DNA of 63,391 nt, filler included, from Thraustochytrium aureum (Eukaryota), in the NCBI GenBank assembly GCA_012862495.1. It is 7 parts of 6 records of this genome, joined end to end, with 100 filler letters (N's around TTAATTAATTAA, not from the genome) between each part and the next. Parts side by side here need not be neighbours in the genome. Positions count along the whole stretch, not along the records: positions 31,743 to 38,747 come from BLSG01000224.1; positions 38,848 to 47,311 come from BLSG01000225.1; 5 more parts are not named here. The stretch is one strand, 5' to 3'. Made by a program: the position numbers and the translations under genes. Positions 35,276-46,426 of this stretch are shown here, in pieces. Position 1 is the stretch's first letter. Every line of letters begins with the position of its first letter. Below the pieces are notes generated by a model that had not been told where the DNA came from, ran no database searches, and worked only from the letters and a program-made list of their open reading frames with translations.

Positions 35276-36700
35276 TTGCTGCTGCGGGCGAGCGCGCGAC
35301 AGTACTGCTGACGGGCTCGCGGCAGAGTCTTCTGGCGCCGCGACGCGCGAGGAGCGAGCGACCAAGGAGAGGGAGAGAGGCCTGGACTGTGCCGAGTCCC
35401 GGCGCCGCTCGAAAATGCCACGCGGCTCCTGTTGCACCCGCTACCGCTACCGCTGCTGCTGCCGCTGCCGCCGCTGCTGCTGCTGCTGGTTGTTGTGTTC
35501 TTCTTGGCGGTGTGCTGCTGGTGTTCAATGAGGTTGTGCACCGGCAGAGGGAGGGAGGGAGGGAGGGAGAGTCGAAAAAGACGCGGAAAATGACGCCAGG
35601 AAGTCGCGCGCACGCACAGTCTGCTCACTGGAGAGCCAAAGGCGCCTTCGAAGTCCCTGCCTGCCTGCCAGCCAGTGCCTGCCTGGCTCGAGTCGTCGTC
35701 TTGCTCGCGCTTCGTTGTTTTTTTGCGGTTTTTGGCGCCACTTTGCGTGTGTTTCGCGCTTCTCCGCCCTCTAGCACGCCGGGCCGCGACTCGGCGGCGC
35801 GCAGCACGCACCGGCCTGGTTTTGCCGAGCGGGCCGCGTGTGGGGTGTTCTGCTCGACGTGCTGTGACCGCAGAGGCGGGCTTTCTTTCGCAGTGTACCG
35901 GTATTTCTATCGGGTGTGCGCATCGGACTCAAGGTCACGCGACCCAACAACAACTCGATGAAGATGTTGTTGTTGTTGTCGAGTTCGGGCGGTTTTGGCC
36001 AGACCTGGTTGGGCCAGCCGCTGCATGGCCTGCTCGTGCCACCAGCCAGATGTTGGAGCAAGAGACCACGTGGCGGCGATCGCTGGCGAGTCGGCTTTCC
36101 AGCGTGAGCCCACGCCGTCGGTCTGGCCAGACGCGGCTGTCAAAGGCGAGGAGGGAACTGTCTACTCGTACGCGGCCGNNNNNNNNNNNNNNNNNNNNNN
36201 NNNNNNNNNNNNNNNNNNNNNNNNNNNNNNNNNNNNNNNNNNNNNNNNNNNNNNNNNNNNNNNNNNNNNNNNNNNNNNNNNNNNNNNNNNNNNNNNNNNN
36301 NNNNNNNNNNNNNNNNNNNNNNNNNNNNNNNNNNNNNNNNNNNNNNNNNNNNNNNNNNNNNNNNNNNNNNNNNNNNNNNNNNNNNNNNNNNNNNNNNNNN
36401 NNNNNNNCTCGAGGTGTGGCCAAAGTGTCAAAAGAGCGCGTGCAAGGCCCGCGTGGCCAGACCACGCCGTGCATCATACATCCTCGGGAGCGAGTTGCCA
36501 AGTCGTCGGCCAGGTCCCACCCACGCCTCTTGATACGCGCTTGCAGCGTTTTTAATCAGACTGCCTGGTCAGTCCATGATGGCGCAAGAAAGTCTGTGGA
36601 AAGAGTCTGCAGAGCCGCAGTCCATGCCCACCCGCCATCATGCAATTGAGCGGCCTCATTCAAACGCAAGATGCGAAAAAAAAAGGAAAAAAAAACCTTC

Positions 36701-36760
36701 GTTGGCCAGCCCTGTGTTGGCCAGCCCTGTGTTGGCCAGCCCGGTGTTGGCCAGCCCGGT
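36701..36760. repeat. Four tandem 15-nt repeats GTTGGCCAGCCC(T/G)GT
   Basis: Copies start at 36701, 36716, 36731 and 36746. Confidence 0.95.
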
Positions 36761-36939
36761 GTGGCCGTCCCATCCCGAGCAGGCGCTCAAGCTTAGCTAG
36801 GCGCTCGCATCGTGGCTGTCGCTCGCAGCCCCAAGCAAACCCCAAACATCAAAACGCAGCCGCAGCCATCAAGCAAGCAGCAGGCTCACATCACAAGGCA
36901 AACAACGCCCCGCCGGAACAGCAGCGACAGCACGCAGGC

Positions 36940-38073
36940 ATGATGGATTTCCCCCAGAACGACGCAGAGGCGCTCTCGGCAAAGCTGATCCCCGTCGCCC
37001 AGGAAGCACCGCTAGAGTCGCAGAAAAAGCTCGTCCTACACCGCTTCAAAGACAAAACCCTCAAGCTCGTGGACGAACTCTGCCCGCCCCCCATGCCTGG
37101 GAGCAAGAATGTGCTGATCCGCGTCGAGGCCAGCTCGGTTCAGTCCACCGACCTCCTGGTGAAGAGCGGTGAGTACCCGCGCAAGGAACTTAAAAAGCGG
37201 CCCCCGATCACGACTGGGTTCGACTTTGCGGGCCGCATCGTCGCGTTCGGCGACGACGTCGACCAGGACGCGCTTGGCCTCGAGCTCGGCATGTTGGTCT
37301 GCGACATATCCGTCTTGGGCGGCCATGCGCGCTACATCGAGCGCCCGGCCGCAAGCGTCGTCGCGGTCCCAAAAGGCCTGAGCGCCCAAGTCGCCACCTC
37401 GCTTGTGATGTCGTGGATGGCGGCGTACCAGATGCTCTACCGCACCAAAGCGCACGCCCAGGTCGTCGAGCTAAAGGCCCCCGTGCTTGTGCAGGGCGGC
37501 GCCGGGGCCGTCGGCCAGGCGCTCATCACGCTTGCTCGTCGCGAGGGCTGCCAAGTCATCGCCACAGCACGTAGCGAGCACCACGACCTGCTCGCCAAAC
37601 TCGGCGCTCAGCCGCTTGACTACGAAGACAAGGACTGGGTTGCCAAAGCAAAGGCGATGGTTCCCAGCGGAGTGGGCGCCTCCTTTGACGGCGTCTGCGC
37701 GGACGGGTTTCGGTCCTCCAGAAACCTACTCTCACGTCGCGGCGTCCTCGTCATCTACGGCATCCACGCCTTTATGGTCGCCAAGGACCGCCAAGCCCCT
37801 TGCAAGCTCCTCAGCGCCGCGTTTGGCATCTTCCGCACCATGCTAGGGTTTTGCTTCTCCAGCCGACACGTCGACGGCTACAGCATCACCGAGACTCGTC
37901 AAAAGCACCCCGAGTGGTTTCGCGAGGACCTTGCGGCTCTCTTTGAGCTCGCCACGTCCGGCAAGCTGAGCATCCCTGATCCTGAGGTCATCCCCTTCGA
38001 GGAGGTCAACGAAGGCCACGAGCGCCTCATGCGCGGTGGACTCACGCGCAAGCTCGTGCTGCGCCCCGAGTAA
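36940..38073 (+). CDS. MDR-superfamily zinc-independent oxidoreductase (quinone oxidoreductase/VAT-1-like)
   Basis: VLIRVEASSV..TD, PITTGFDFAG, GGHARY, VLVQGGAGAVG NAD(P) motif, C-terminal KLVL. Confidence 0.88.
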   Translation: MMDFPQNDAEALSAKLIPVAQEAPLESQKKLVLHRFKDKTLKLVDELCPPPMPGSKNVLIRVEASSVQSTDLLVKSGEYPRKELKKRPPITTGFDFAGRIVAFGDDVDQDALGLELGMLVCDISVLGGHARYIERPAASVVAVPKGLSAQVATSLVMSWMAAYQMLYRTKAHAQVVELKAPVLVQGGAGAVGQALITLARREGCQVIATARSEHHDLLAKLGAQPLDYEDKDWVAKAKAMVPSGVGASFDGVCADGFRSSRNLLSRRGVLVIYGIHAFMVAKDRQAPCKLLSAAFGIFRTMLGFCFSSRHVDGYSITETRQKHPEWFREDLAALFELATSGKLSIPDPEVIPFEEVNEGHERLMRGGLTRKLVLRPE

Positions 38074-38246
38074 GCCCACAGCGAAACTCGTGCAACCATC
38101 AGCGCTCGAGAGCCAAGAATAGCAGTCACGGCGCAGCGCGTCAAAGAAAGGCCCACATACACTTTTGAACGAATACAAAGAAAGGAAATCATCATGAATC
38201 AACCGAAAGGTATGCGACTGTGCTCGCGCACTACGCGGCTGTGGCG

Positions 38247-38747
38247 TCACGCCTTCGAGCTGCAACACGACTTTGCAGGCGCAGAACCAGCCTCCGACAA
38301 CCCGCCAGGGGCACAGCATGGCGCACTGGCGCTCTCCGAGCAGCGGCACCCGTCCCCGCAATTGCACGGCTTGCCCCATTGGCGTTGACAACCAGGGAAC
38401 AATGGCGCGCTGCGCTCAACCCCGCCCAGCGGCAAAAGCGCCGCGTGGCCATGGTCTTCACAAGGGTAGCACTCACAGGTCTCTGGCGGGCACATGCAGG
38501 CCGCGCCGTTCTGCATGCTCTCGCACTGGACCTGGACCACGACGCTTGCCGACCCGTCGCCAGCAGTCACCCGCAGCCGCTCCAAACCAAGCTTGCCCTT
38601 GCGCAGCTCGCGACCATATATGCGCTCAATCTGGGGCGGCCGGTACCTGTTCAGGAGAAGCGACGAGACGAGCACCGACACGCTCGAAAGCGCCATCGCA
38701 AGAGCTGCCATGAACGGCGGCAGCGCGGCGTGGACGACAGGGTAGAG
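38247..38747 (-). CDS. C-terminal fragment of a P1B-type (Cu+) transporting ATPase with a Cys-rich tail
   Basis: LPPFMAALAMALSSVSVLVSSLLLNRYRPP is the last TM helix with the MxxSS copper-ATPase signature. The rest lies beyond the scaffold end. Confidence 0.85.
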   Translation of the reverse strand, partial: LYPVVHAALPPFMAALAMALSSVSVLVSSLLLNRYRPPQIERIYGRELRKGKLGLERLRVTAGDGSASVVVQVQCESMQNGAACMCPPETCECYPCEDHGHAALLPLGGVERSAPLFPGCQRQWGKPCNCGDGCRCSESASAPCCAPGGLSEAGSAPAKSCCSSKA

Positions 38748-38847
38748 NNNNNNNNNNNNNNNNNNNNNNNNNNNNNNNNNNNNNNNNNNNNTTAATTAAT
38801 TAANNNNNNNNNNNNNNNNNNNNNNNNNNNNNNNNNNNNNNNNNNNN
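38748..38847. other. Artificial scaffold-joining spacer
   Basis: TTAATTAATTAA at 38792-38803 within N runs. Confidence 0.97.
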
Positions 38848-40009
38848 TCGATCCTCGTCGTGGTTCAAATGACTTCTTCTTCGCGTCCACGCCCACGCCC
38901 ACGTCGAGCTGGCAGCCGCGTCGGGCCGTACCGGAAGCGTCAGGCCGCATCCACTGCGAAGCCGCACTGCGCGAATGGACCTCGCCACCGCCCCTGTCTC
39001 GCGCTCCGCCACCGCCTCGGCGCACACCCCTGCGGCTTCGCGCGTTCCGCTGAATCTGAAAGATTCTGTTCCTGCAGTTCGCTGCTCGGAGTGCGTGCTG
39101 CGCTGGGCTGCGCGTAACGCACAAACCGCTGTGCACGCGTTCCGCTGCGCGGCGCGCAAGTCACCAAGGTGTGGCGCACACCGCGTTCCGGTAGAGTTGT
39201 GCACCGGCGGCGTCCGTCGCCGCTGCGAAAAACGCGGACGATGCTCGGAGTCAACTCGGAGCGCTCACACGCCTGCCTGCCTCGCGCGGCCTTCGTGGCC
39301 AGAGGGCCTGGCTGCCATGCATGGCATGGCAAGCATGTGGCTTGCTTGCTTGCTTGCTTGCATGTCGTACTCTGTACTCGCGCCTTGCTGAACGTCTTCC
39401 ATGTCTGTCTTGACACTTTGGGCTGGTGTTTGACATAACAGGACGCGACGCATGCAAGAAAGAAGACGCACGGACGCTCGGACGCGTCCACTGTTCTCGT
39501 GACGCGAGCGCGGCTCGTCGCTTGCGATTGTTCAACCAGGTCCATCGGCTGATCGAGCTCGATCGCGGCCCACGGCTTGGCGGCCGGACTGGTGTGCCCG
39601 AGCGCCTGGCGCGACGCGAGGCGTCCAAGTCGAGGTGGACTTGGCCGACGTTGGAAAAACATCGAGGTGCGAGCTTGAGTCGTGCTCCTCGACGGACTTG
39701 ACGGACGCGGACGCGGTCCAGCGAGACAAGTCAGTCGCAGAACGCTGCAGGACGGCCTGGACGCAGTCGAGGGCCTGCCTGCCTCGGGCCAAGACGTCGG
39801 GAACGTGGAGCTAGCGAGCTGCCTTCTGGCCAGAAGGGGCTCGACAGGCCTCCGAAGGGCGCCTGCGTTGGCTTGCTGAGACGCCCCGCTGGCGCTTGAA
39901 TGAGCAGCAGCGGGGCAAGGAAGGGAAGCGAGCGGTGCACGGACGACGAGCGCGGGGCTGGGCATGCAAGTCTAACGGAGCAGCGAGTCAGCAAGGGAGG
40001 AACGAGCTC

Positions 40010-42389
40010 ATGCGGGCAGATGAAGACGGTGTGCCTGTCGCTGGCGAAGGCGGCGAGGACACCCCGTCACATGGCCAGAGCCTTTCGGGTGCGGAGGCAT
40101 CGTCCGGCTCCTCGACCTCATCTGCAGCGTCATCGTCACGGACCAAACCCCAACCAGCGCCTGCAGAAGCGGCCGGCAAGTCGCGCGCTCGCGTGACGAG
40201 CAAGCAGTCGCTTGGCCCGGGGCGCCGTCAAAGTCATCGCCCCGAGGTCGCCGGGCAAAGCGACAGTCGACGGACACCGAGGCGGAGGACAACGTCGCTC
40301 GCGAGGTCTCGGCCATGGTCGACGGCTGGGCCAAGGCCTCGAGCGAGGAGCCGCCGAGTAGCGGCCCGTCGGCAGCAGGCGCTCTTGCCGGCATCGCCCC
40401 AAGCGCCGAGTCTGGTAGCCAGTTCCCCGCCAATGTGGCGAAGCGGCCTGAGTCGCGGGCCCTGACGCCGCCGGCCAGGCAGAGCCAGCCGCGGCCGCGG
40501 AGTCTGCGGATGACCAGCCCGGGGTACAGACGCTCGACTTGGCCGTGATCCAGGAGAAAATAAAGAAGAGCAGTGCCAGCCCCTTCGCATGCACCGCAGC
40601 GGGGTGCCTGCTCGCCTTCGCTTCCAAGACTCAACTCCGCGAGCACAGCCGATCCCACACCGACGAAGCGCGCGTGTTTCTGTGCGACGTCTGCAGCAAG
40701 TCGTTCACCGCGCTAGGAAGCCTCCGCTCGCACAAGGCGACGCACGCGCGCATGCATGCTCTGGTGTGCACGGAGGCCGGGTGCGGCAAGTCGTATGCGA
40801 CGGCGGAAGGGTTGCGGCTGCACGTGCGCAATCACCACGAAATCTCAAAGCCGTGGGTTTGCACGTTTGCCGGCTGCGGAAGGTCGTTTGTTAGACAGAC
40901 CGACCTCCGCCTGCACCTGATCCGCATCCACTCGAACACGCGGCCCTTCCCTTGCACCGCGGCAGGGTGCAGAAAGAGCTTCGCCTGCTACTCGGAGCTC
41001 AAGCGCCACGTAGCCAGTCACTCGAAGAAGAAGCGCAGGAAGAAGTCGCTCGGTTCGGTCAGCGGGGTCGAGGACGAGAGCGACGCCAGCGGCCCCCAGC
41101 AGCGTGCCAGCAGCGGGAGCATCGACAGCCTGTCGTCGCTGCTCTCAACCCAGTCGGCGCCGAGCGCTCTGAACGTCACCAGCGGCGGCGCGCCCGCCTC
41201 TGCCAGCAGCCTGTCGCCCAACATTTGGAGCTCGAGCCCGGCTGTCGGCATGCCTGTGGCCGCCGTGGGCCACTTCGCGCTCGACGGCGCTCGAACGGGG
41301 CGGATGTCCCAAGGCGCGGGAACCGGCATTCTGAGTCCTCGCCAGCGCTGCTCGTCCTTCACGCTCGCGGCGACGCTCGTGGAGCTACTACGCCCGCGGT
41401 CACCAAGCTCGTGCCGCACGAAAGCGCAAGTTCTAGCGCGGACGACGGAATACCTGCCGCGCCGCGCCAGTCGCGTGGCTCGAAGGGCGGGCCCTCGGCC
41501 CGTGGGCCTAGCCCTGCCCCGGCCCAAGCAGCGTCGACGACCGCAGCAGCCCCCAGCGCAAGGGCTCGGTGGCAGCAAGCTCGGGTTGAGCTTTGGCCAG
41601 GGCCTCTCCACCCTGCATGAGGGCGAAGGGGCCGTGGACGGGGCCCAAGACAGCTCTGCCGCAACTGGTGCCGGCATTGGTGGCCAAACTGGGCCCAGCG
41701 GAGCTGGCGGAGCTGGAGGCGCGCGCGCAGGGCGAGGCCCAGTGCCTGGTTTCGGGGCCGGAATCGGTGCAAGCAGCGCCGATTCCGGCCCCCGTGTGGG
41801 GCAGGCCCCGGCACCAATCAGGACACAGACCCTGGAAACGGTGGCAAGCGTGCTCGCCTCGGCTCGGCCAACGCGCCAACTGGAGGCGCTGAAGGAGCAA
41901 CTGAGGGACCAGCAAGAGCAGATCCAGCAGCACTTGCAAATCCAGCTCCGGCAGGACAATGAGCGTCTGGGCGGTCAGTTCCTGCGCAGGTTTTCTGGCC
42001 AGCGGGATGGCGAGCCCGAGGCAGCTGCGCATTTTGCAGAACCAGGCGTCCGCCGAAACGACACTGGTGACGAGGTAACTGCCGCGCTTGCGCTCGTCGC
42101 GTGGCAAACGGGCGCTTCGGCTTCTGCTCCTGCGACGCCAAGCCTTCGACAGGATACCTCGGCAGCGAGCGCCTCGGCGAGCCACTTGTGGGCTGCTGGG
42201 GCGCAGGTTGGCGGCGGAGCCGGCGGGGCGGCCTGGGCCTACGAGCAACCCGCAAAGGCCCAAACGCCCCCGGCAAGGAGCGGGAACGGCGCGGCCCAAC
42301 TGCAAGCTGGCCTGTACAGCGAGTCTGTCTCTAGGAAGCAAGGCGGCAGCTCTAGGAACCAAGGCGGCAGCTCCAGCAAGCGCGGCTGA
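40010..42389 (+). CDS. C2H2 zinc-finger transcription factor (five fingers, basic NLS); several frameshifts
   Basis: Five C-x2/4-C-x12-H-x3/4-H fingers at about 40585-41022, then KKKRRKK and a Gln-rich segment. The start at ATG 40010 needs frameshift correction and is less certain. Confidence 0.85.
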
Positions 42390-42534
42390 ATTGCTTGGCG
42401 CGCGAACGCGCGGCGCGATGGTAGCCCGAGTCCTTCTTGCTTCGAACTCTACTAGTAGCTAGGAGAGCAGAGAGTCAAGTTTTGTTGTAACAGTTTTGCG
42501 GGTCGCCCTGCCCAGTCCATGGTGCAGAATACAA

Positions 42535-43894
42535 TCAACGCGGCCCGGCAAGGCCAGCAAGGTCCTTCAATACTGCGCTGAGGGCGAGGCGGCCTCGGGC
42601 CTGCCAGTCCACGCCTGCGTCACAGTCGAAGATCTCGAGCGTCGCCGGATTTCCGGTCTGCTTGAGGTGTGTCACGTACGCGTCGTGCTCGCCCACGTCC
42701 GGGTCCTGCGCGGTGGTGAGGACCGTTGTTGGCGGCAAATCGTGCATCCCCGCGAGCCATGGCGCGCAACGCCGGTCACGAGCGTCGCCAGCGTACGCTC
42801 GGGAGCACCAGTTGCCGTGCTTGAGCGAGAGCGGCGACTGGCACAGCACTTGGTCGCCCAGGAGGACCTGGTGCTGGATCACAAACGGAAAGTCGATCTC
42901 GCAAGGCCCCAAGTGGGCGTTGAGCTGGTCGCGCACTAAACTGCTCAGCACTTGAGCTAGTCGGGCGCCGGCTCCGTCCCCAATCAGCACGATCCGTCCT
43001 GGGTCGGCATCCCGCGGCAAGAATAGCCCCTCTACGATGTGCTCCAGGGCGCGGTACACGTCTTCTACGGCGGCTGGAAACGGGGCCTCTGGGGCTAGCC
43101 TGTAGTCCGCCGCGACAACACAAAACCCCTCAGCCGCGAGCGCGCAGCAGAATGCGTGATACTCTGGCAGCGCTGAGCAACCGGCAACGAATCCTCCGCC
43201 GTGCAAAAACAGGGCCACCGGGGTGGAGAAGTACGGCCTGGAGCTCCCGTGCTCGGCCTCGGCGCCGTGGAATACGCGAAGCCGCACCCCAGGGTCGCCT
43301 GCGCCAGAGCCCTCGCTAGCCGCGTCGATCCAGTCGACGTCGTCGCCAGGGTCGCCGCTCAGCACAAAGTCCTCGAAAGAAACACCGGTTTCGCGTCCAG
43401 CCCTGGCGCAGGGACCTCCCACGCGTGCTCCCACAGCTGGAGTATTGGCCGCCTGAATCGCGCAGTGGCGCTCAGCAAGTCCAAGACGCCAGCGATGTTG
43501 CCAAGCTCGCTCTCCGAAGAGGATTCGCATCGCTCGACTCGCGTTTGGGGAGCTGTCGGATCCGCCCTGCCTACGCCCGCCGCGAGGAGCACGGCCGCGA
43601 GAACAGCGTTGGAGAGTTGCGCTCGCGACACCTTGATCGTCGCCAGCGGGCCTTGCGCCGCTCCGGTCACCAGCGCTGCCAGCGCGACAGCGCCAGCAGC
43701 AACCGCCGCATTCCTCCCTCTCCGCCAGCTCCCCGCGAGCCGCCTCCACACCACGACCCCCACCAGTGCCGCGACCACAGCGGCCGCCGCCGCCGGGCCC
43801 CTTCTGCGTCGCGTCTCTTCCTTCCTGCCCGTCTCGGCGCGGGCCTTCTCGAGGCGCTCGCCACGCTCACCGCGCGCTCCTCTTCGCCGCGCAT
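42535..43894 (-). CDS. Hormone-sensitive-lipase-family alpha/beta hydrolase fold protein with N-terminal TM segments; nucleophile Ser replaced (GDGAG)
   Basis: LFLHGGGF, DYRLAPEAPFPAAVED, DPGRIVLIGDGAG, LPPT...DP. The hydrophobic N-terminus lies in ORF 43359-43994. The start (ATG 43894) is inferred across frameshifts. Confidence 0.75.
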
Positions 43895-43920
43895 CTCGGC
43901 CGGCCAGCGCGCGCCAGCAG

Positions 43921-44190
43921 CCGCGCCAGCCGCCTTCGCAGCAGCCGCGCCGCCGCGTCCACCAAACACTTGGTCTTGGGCCCCGTGGCGCCACGACCTC
44001 GCGCAGCCCAGGTTTCGCCGCAACTCATCGCGCAGCCCAGGTTTCGCCACAACTCTATCGCGAGGCCCTACCGCGCCAGCCGCCTTCGCAGCAGCCGCGC
44101 CGCCGCGTCCAGCAACGCCAGGTCTTCGGCCCTTGAGGCGCCACGACCTCGCGCAGCCCAGGTTTCGCCGCAACTCGATCGCGAGGCCCT
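43921..44190. repeat. Two imperfect tandem copies of a ~120-nt unit, the first with an internal ~29-nt duplication
   Basis: ccgcgccagccgccttcgcagcagccgcgccgccgcgtcca at 43921 and 44071. tcgcgcagcccaggtttcgcc(g/a)caactc occurs three times. Confidence 0.9.
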
Positions 44191-44866
44191 CTGCCTACCA
44201 ATCTCCTGCTGGGCACTTGCCCGCCCGCCTGCCTGCCCGCCTGCCTGCCTGCCTGCCTGCCCGCGTGCGGGTATCGGCTTGGCGGCGTTCGTGGTCTGCC
44301 TGCGCGTACTCCGTCACGTCCGTGGCGCCGATGTTTTGTTTTGTTGCTCGTGAGTCCGGCCTGCTGAGGCGAGGGCCCGAGTATCATGATCAGTCTGTCC
44401 ATCGTTGGCCAGGCAGGCGCAGCGCCATCGCGATCAACTGGTTGCCGGTCATCAGAATGCCACGGGACTGGCCTGCGGGCTCGTGAGCTCGCCGTTGCGC
44501 GCGGAGATGTTCTCATGTCGCAGGACGGCTTTGGGAGGCGGCTGGCGGATGGCCGTCGTTTTGCGTGGTTTTTACTGGCGTCTGGGCGCTAGCTCGGGTT
44601 TCTTTGCTGTGCTTTGGGCGCTTGCAGCCCATGGGGATGGTCGGGGGGCCTCTACAGCGTGCCGCCTCCGGGCCGACAGGGGGAAACAAGGGTTGGGAAT
44701 GCCATTTCGTTCAACTTGGGCAGGTCCGCCTGGTGTAGGAGTCACGCCAACCGCACGGCATCAGTACGAGTTGTGGATAGTCGAGTATACGACGGAGCAG
44801 TACGACTCTCGTCTTCACAGGCGTGCGTTTCCCTGAGTTCTGTCGCCCGTCCGTGCAATAAACGTC

Positions 44867-44945
44867 ACACGACCCGCCGATGCACGGACTTTCCATTCGA
44901 TCGAACACGACCCGCCGATGCACGGACCTTCCATTCGATCGAACA
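44867..44945. repeat. Two tandem 38-nt repeats, each with the palindrome TTCGATCGAA
   Basis: acacgacccgccgatgcacggac(t/c)ttccattcgatcga at 44867 and 44905. Confidence 0.92.
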
Positions 44946-45303
44946 GGTCTAGCCTCGAGAGTCGAGAGAGCACTGAGCAAGCCGCGAGAGAGCGAGCCAC
45001 GACGGAGCGATTCAACCACTCGAACTACCTACAACCAAGGAGGACTCTGTGCAAAAGTCGGGATGTGACCATCGGCGAACAGAACGCGCTCGCTTTGTTC
45101 ATGCGTGAAAAAACAGCTTGGGTGAAAACAAACAGCAACGATCAATCCATCGCTCGAAGACAGACTCCGTCTGCCCGAGCGGCTCGGCGGTCGTGCTGCT
45201 GCAGTGCGCTGTGGAACGGGACGCAGGGAGAGCAGCTTGATTCTTCCAGGCGTGCGACGCGCTGGCTGCAGAACGCGCTCGTGGTGCCAACTCTCGAGTG
45301 AAA

Positions 45304-46318
45304 ATGGGATTTTGGGCCCTTTTTGTGCTGGCGGTCGTCGCTGGCTTGGCGGACGCGCGAGAGGCGCTGCGAGGCGGACTGGGCGGGCTGGGGGCTGGGA
45401 GACCGGCTGGAGGACGACGGGTCGCCCGCGTCCTGCAGGGCTGTGAATGACCGGCCCATTATTGGAATCCTGACCCAGCCAGACTCGGGAAAGGAGATCA
45501 TCGAGGCGTCGTACGTCAAGTATGTCGAAGGCGCCGGCGCGCGAGCTGTGCCCCTACGATACAGCGCCACTACGGACGAGCTGCGGAGGGTGTTCGATGG
45601 TGTCAATGGCGTCCTCTTCCCTGGCGGCGCCGCCGACCTCGAGCCAGGCCACCAGTTTTTCGACGCCTCCGCGAGGATCTTCCACTGGGCGCTTGAGGCG
45701 AACAAGGCCGGCATACACATCCCCGTCTGGGGCACCTGCCTTGGGTTCGAGCAGCTCAACATCCTCGCGGCAGGCAGCAACGCCACGGTGCTCTCGGCGA
45801 GCGGCTCCTTCGACTCTGAAGACTACCCCGCACCTCTGACGCTCACCGCGAAAGGGCCGTCGAGCGAGATATTTGGCCGCATGCCCCAACGCCTGCTGGA
45901 GCGCGTGCAGCGGGAACCCATGACCTACAACGCTCACCAGGCGGGCATCACGCCGGAGGTGTTTGCCGAGAACGAGGAGCTGAGCGGGTTTTTCACGAGC
46001 CTCGCCACTTATGTGGACAAGAGCGGCAAGCCGTTTGTGGTGGCGGTTGAAGCGAAGCACGGGCTTCCAATCTTCGGCGTGCAGTTCCACCCCGAGAAGA
46101 CCAACTACGAGTTCCACCTCCCGAGCCGTATCCCGCACGACCCGGACGCCATCTACCTGAGCCAGTATCTGGCGGACCTCTTTGTGGGGCACGCCCGGTG
46201 CAACGACCAGCACTTTGAGGGCGGCTACAAGGCTGAGAGTCGCGAGCTTGTGCAGGTCGTTTGCAGGCGCCACGCCGTGCACGAGGAAGACTATTTCGCA
46301 GAGACGTACGAGTTCTAG
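45304..46318 (+). CDS. GGH: Gamma-glutamyl hydrolase (peptidase C26), secreted/lysosomal; frameshift near 45392
   Basis: Signal peptide MGFWALFVLAVVAGLADA. NDRPIIGILTQ, ASYVKYVEGAGAR, NGVLFPGG, WGTCLGFE (Cys nucleophile), GVQFHPEK. Confidence 0.93.
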
Positions 46319-46426
46319 CTAGTGGCCGCCTCGAGCAGCGACGCGCTCCGCGGAAAACACAAGAAGGCCATCTTCGCTTTGCGCTTCGCGTTGTGTACAA
46401 GCTACTCGTCTACTCTACAAACGTGC

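Noticed and set aside
35944..35986. Inverted (CAA)n/(GTT)n hairpin
   Set aside because: Explained by adjacent short microsatellites; no ncRNA features.
38848..40000. ORFs upstream of the zinc-finger gene
   Set aside because: Low-complexity translations containing microsatellites; more likely promoter/5'UTR.
43921..44945. CRISPR-like repeat-spacer array
   Set aside because: Only 2-3 copies, no unique spacers of regular length, no cas genes, and a eukaryotic context.
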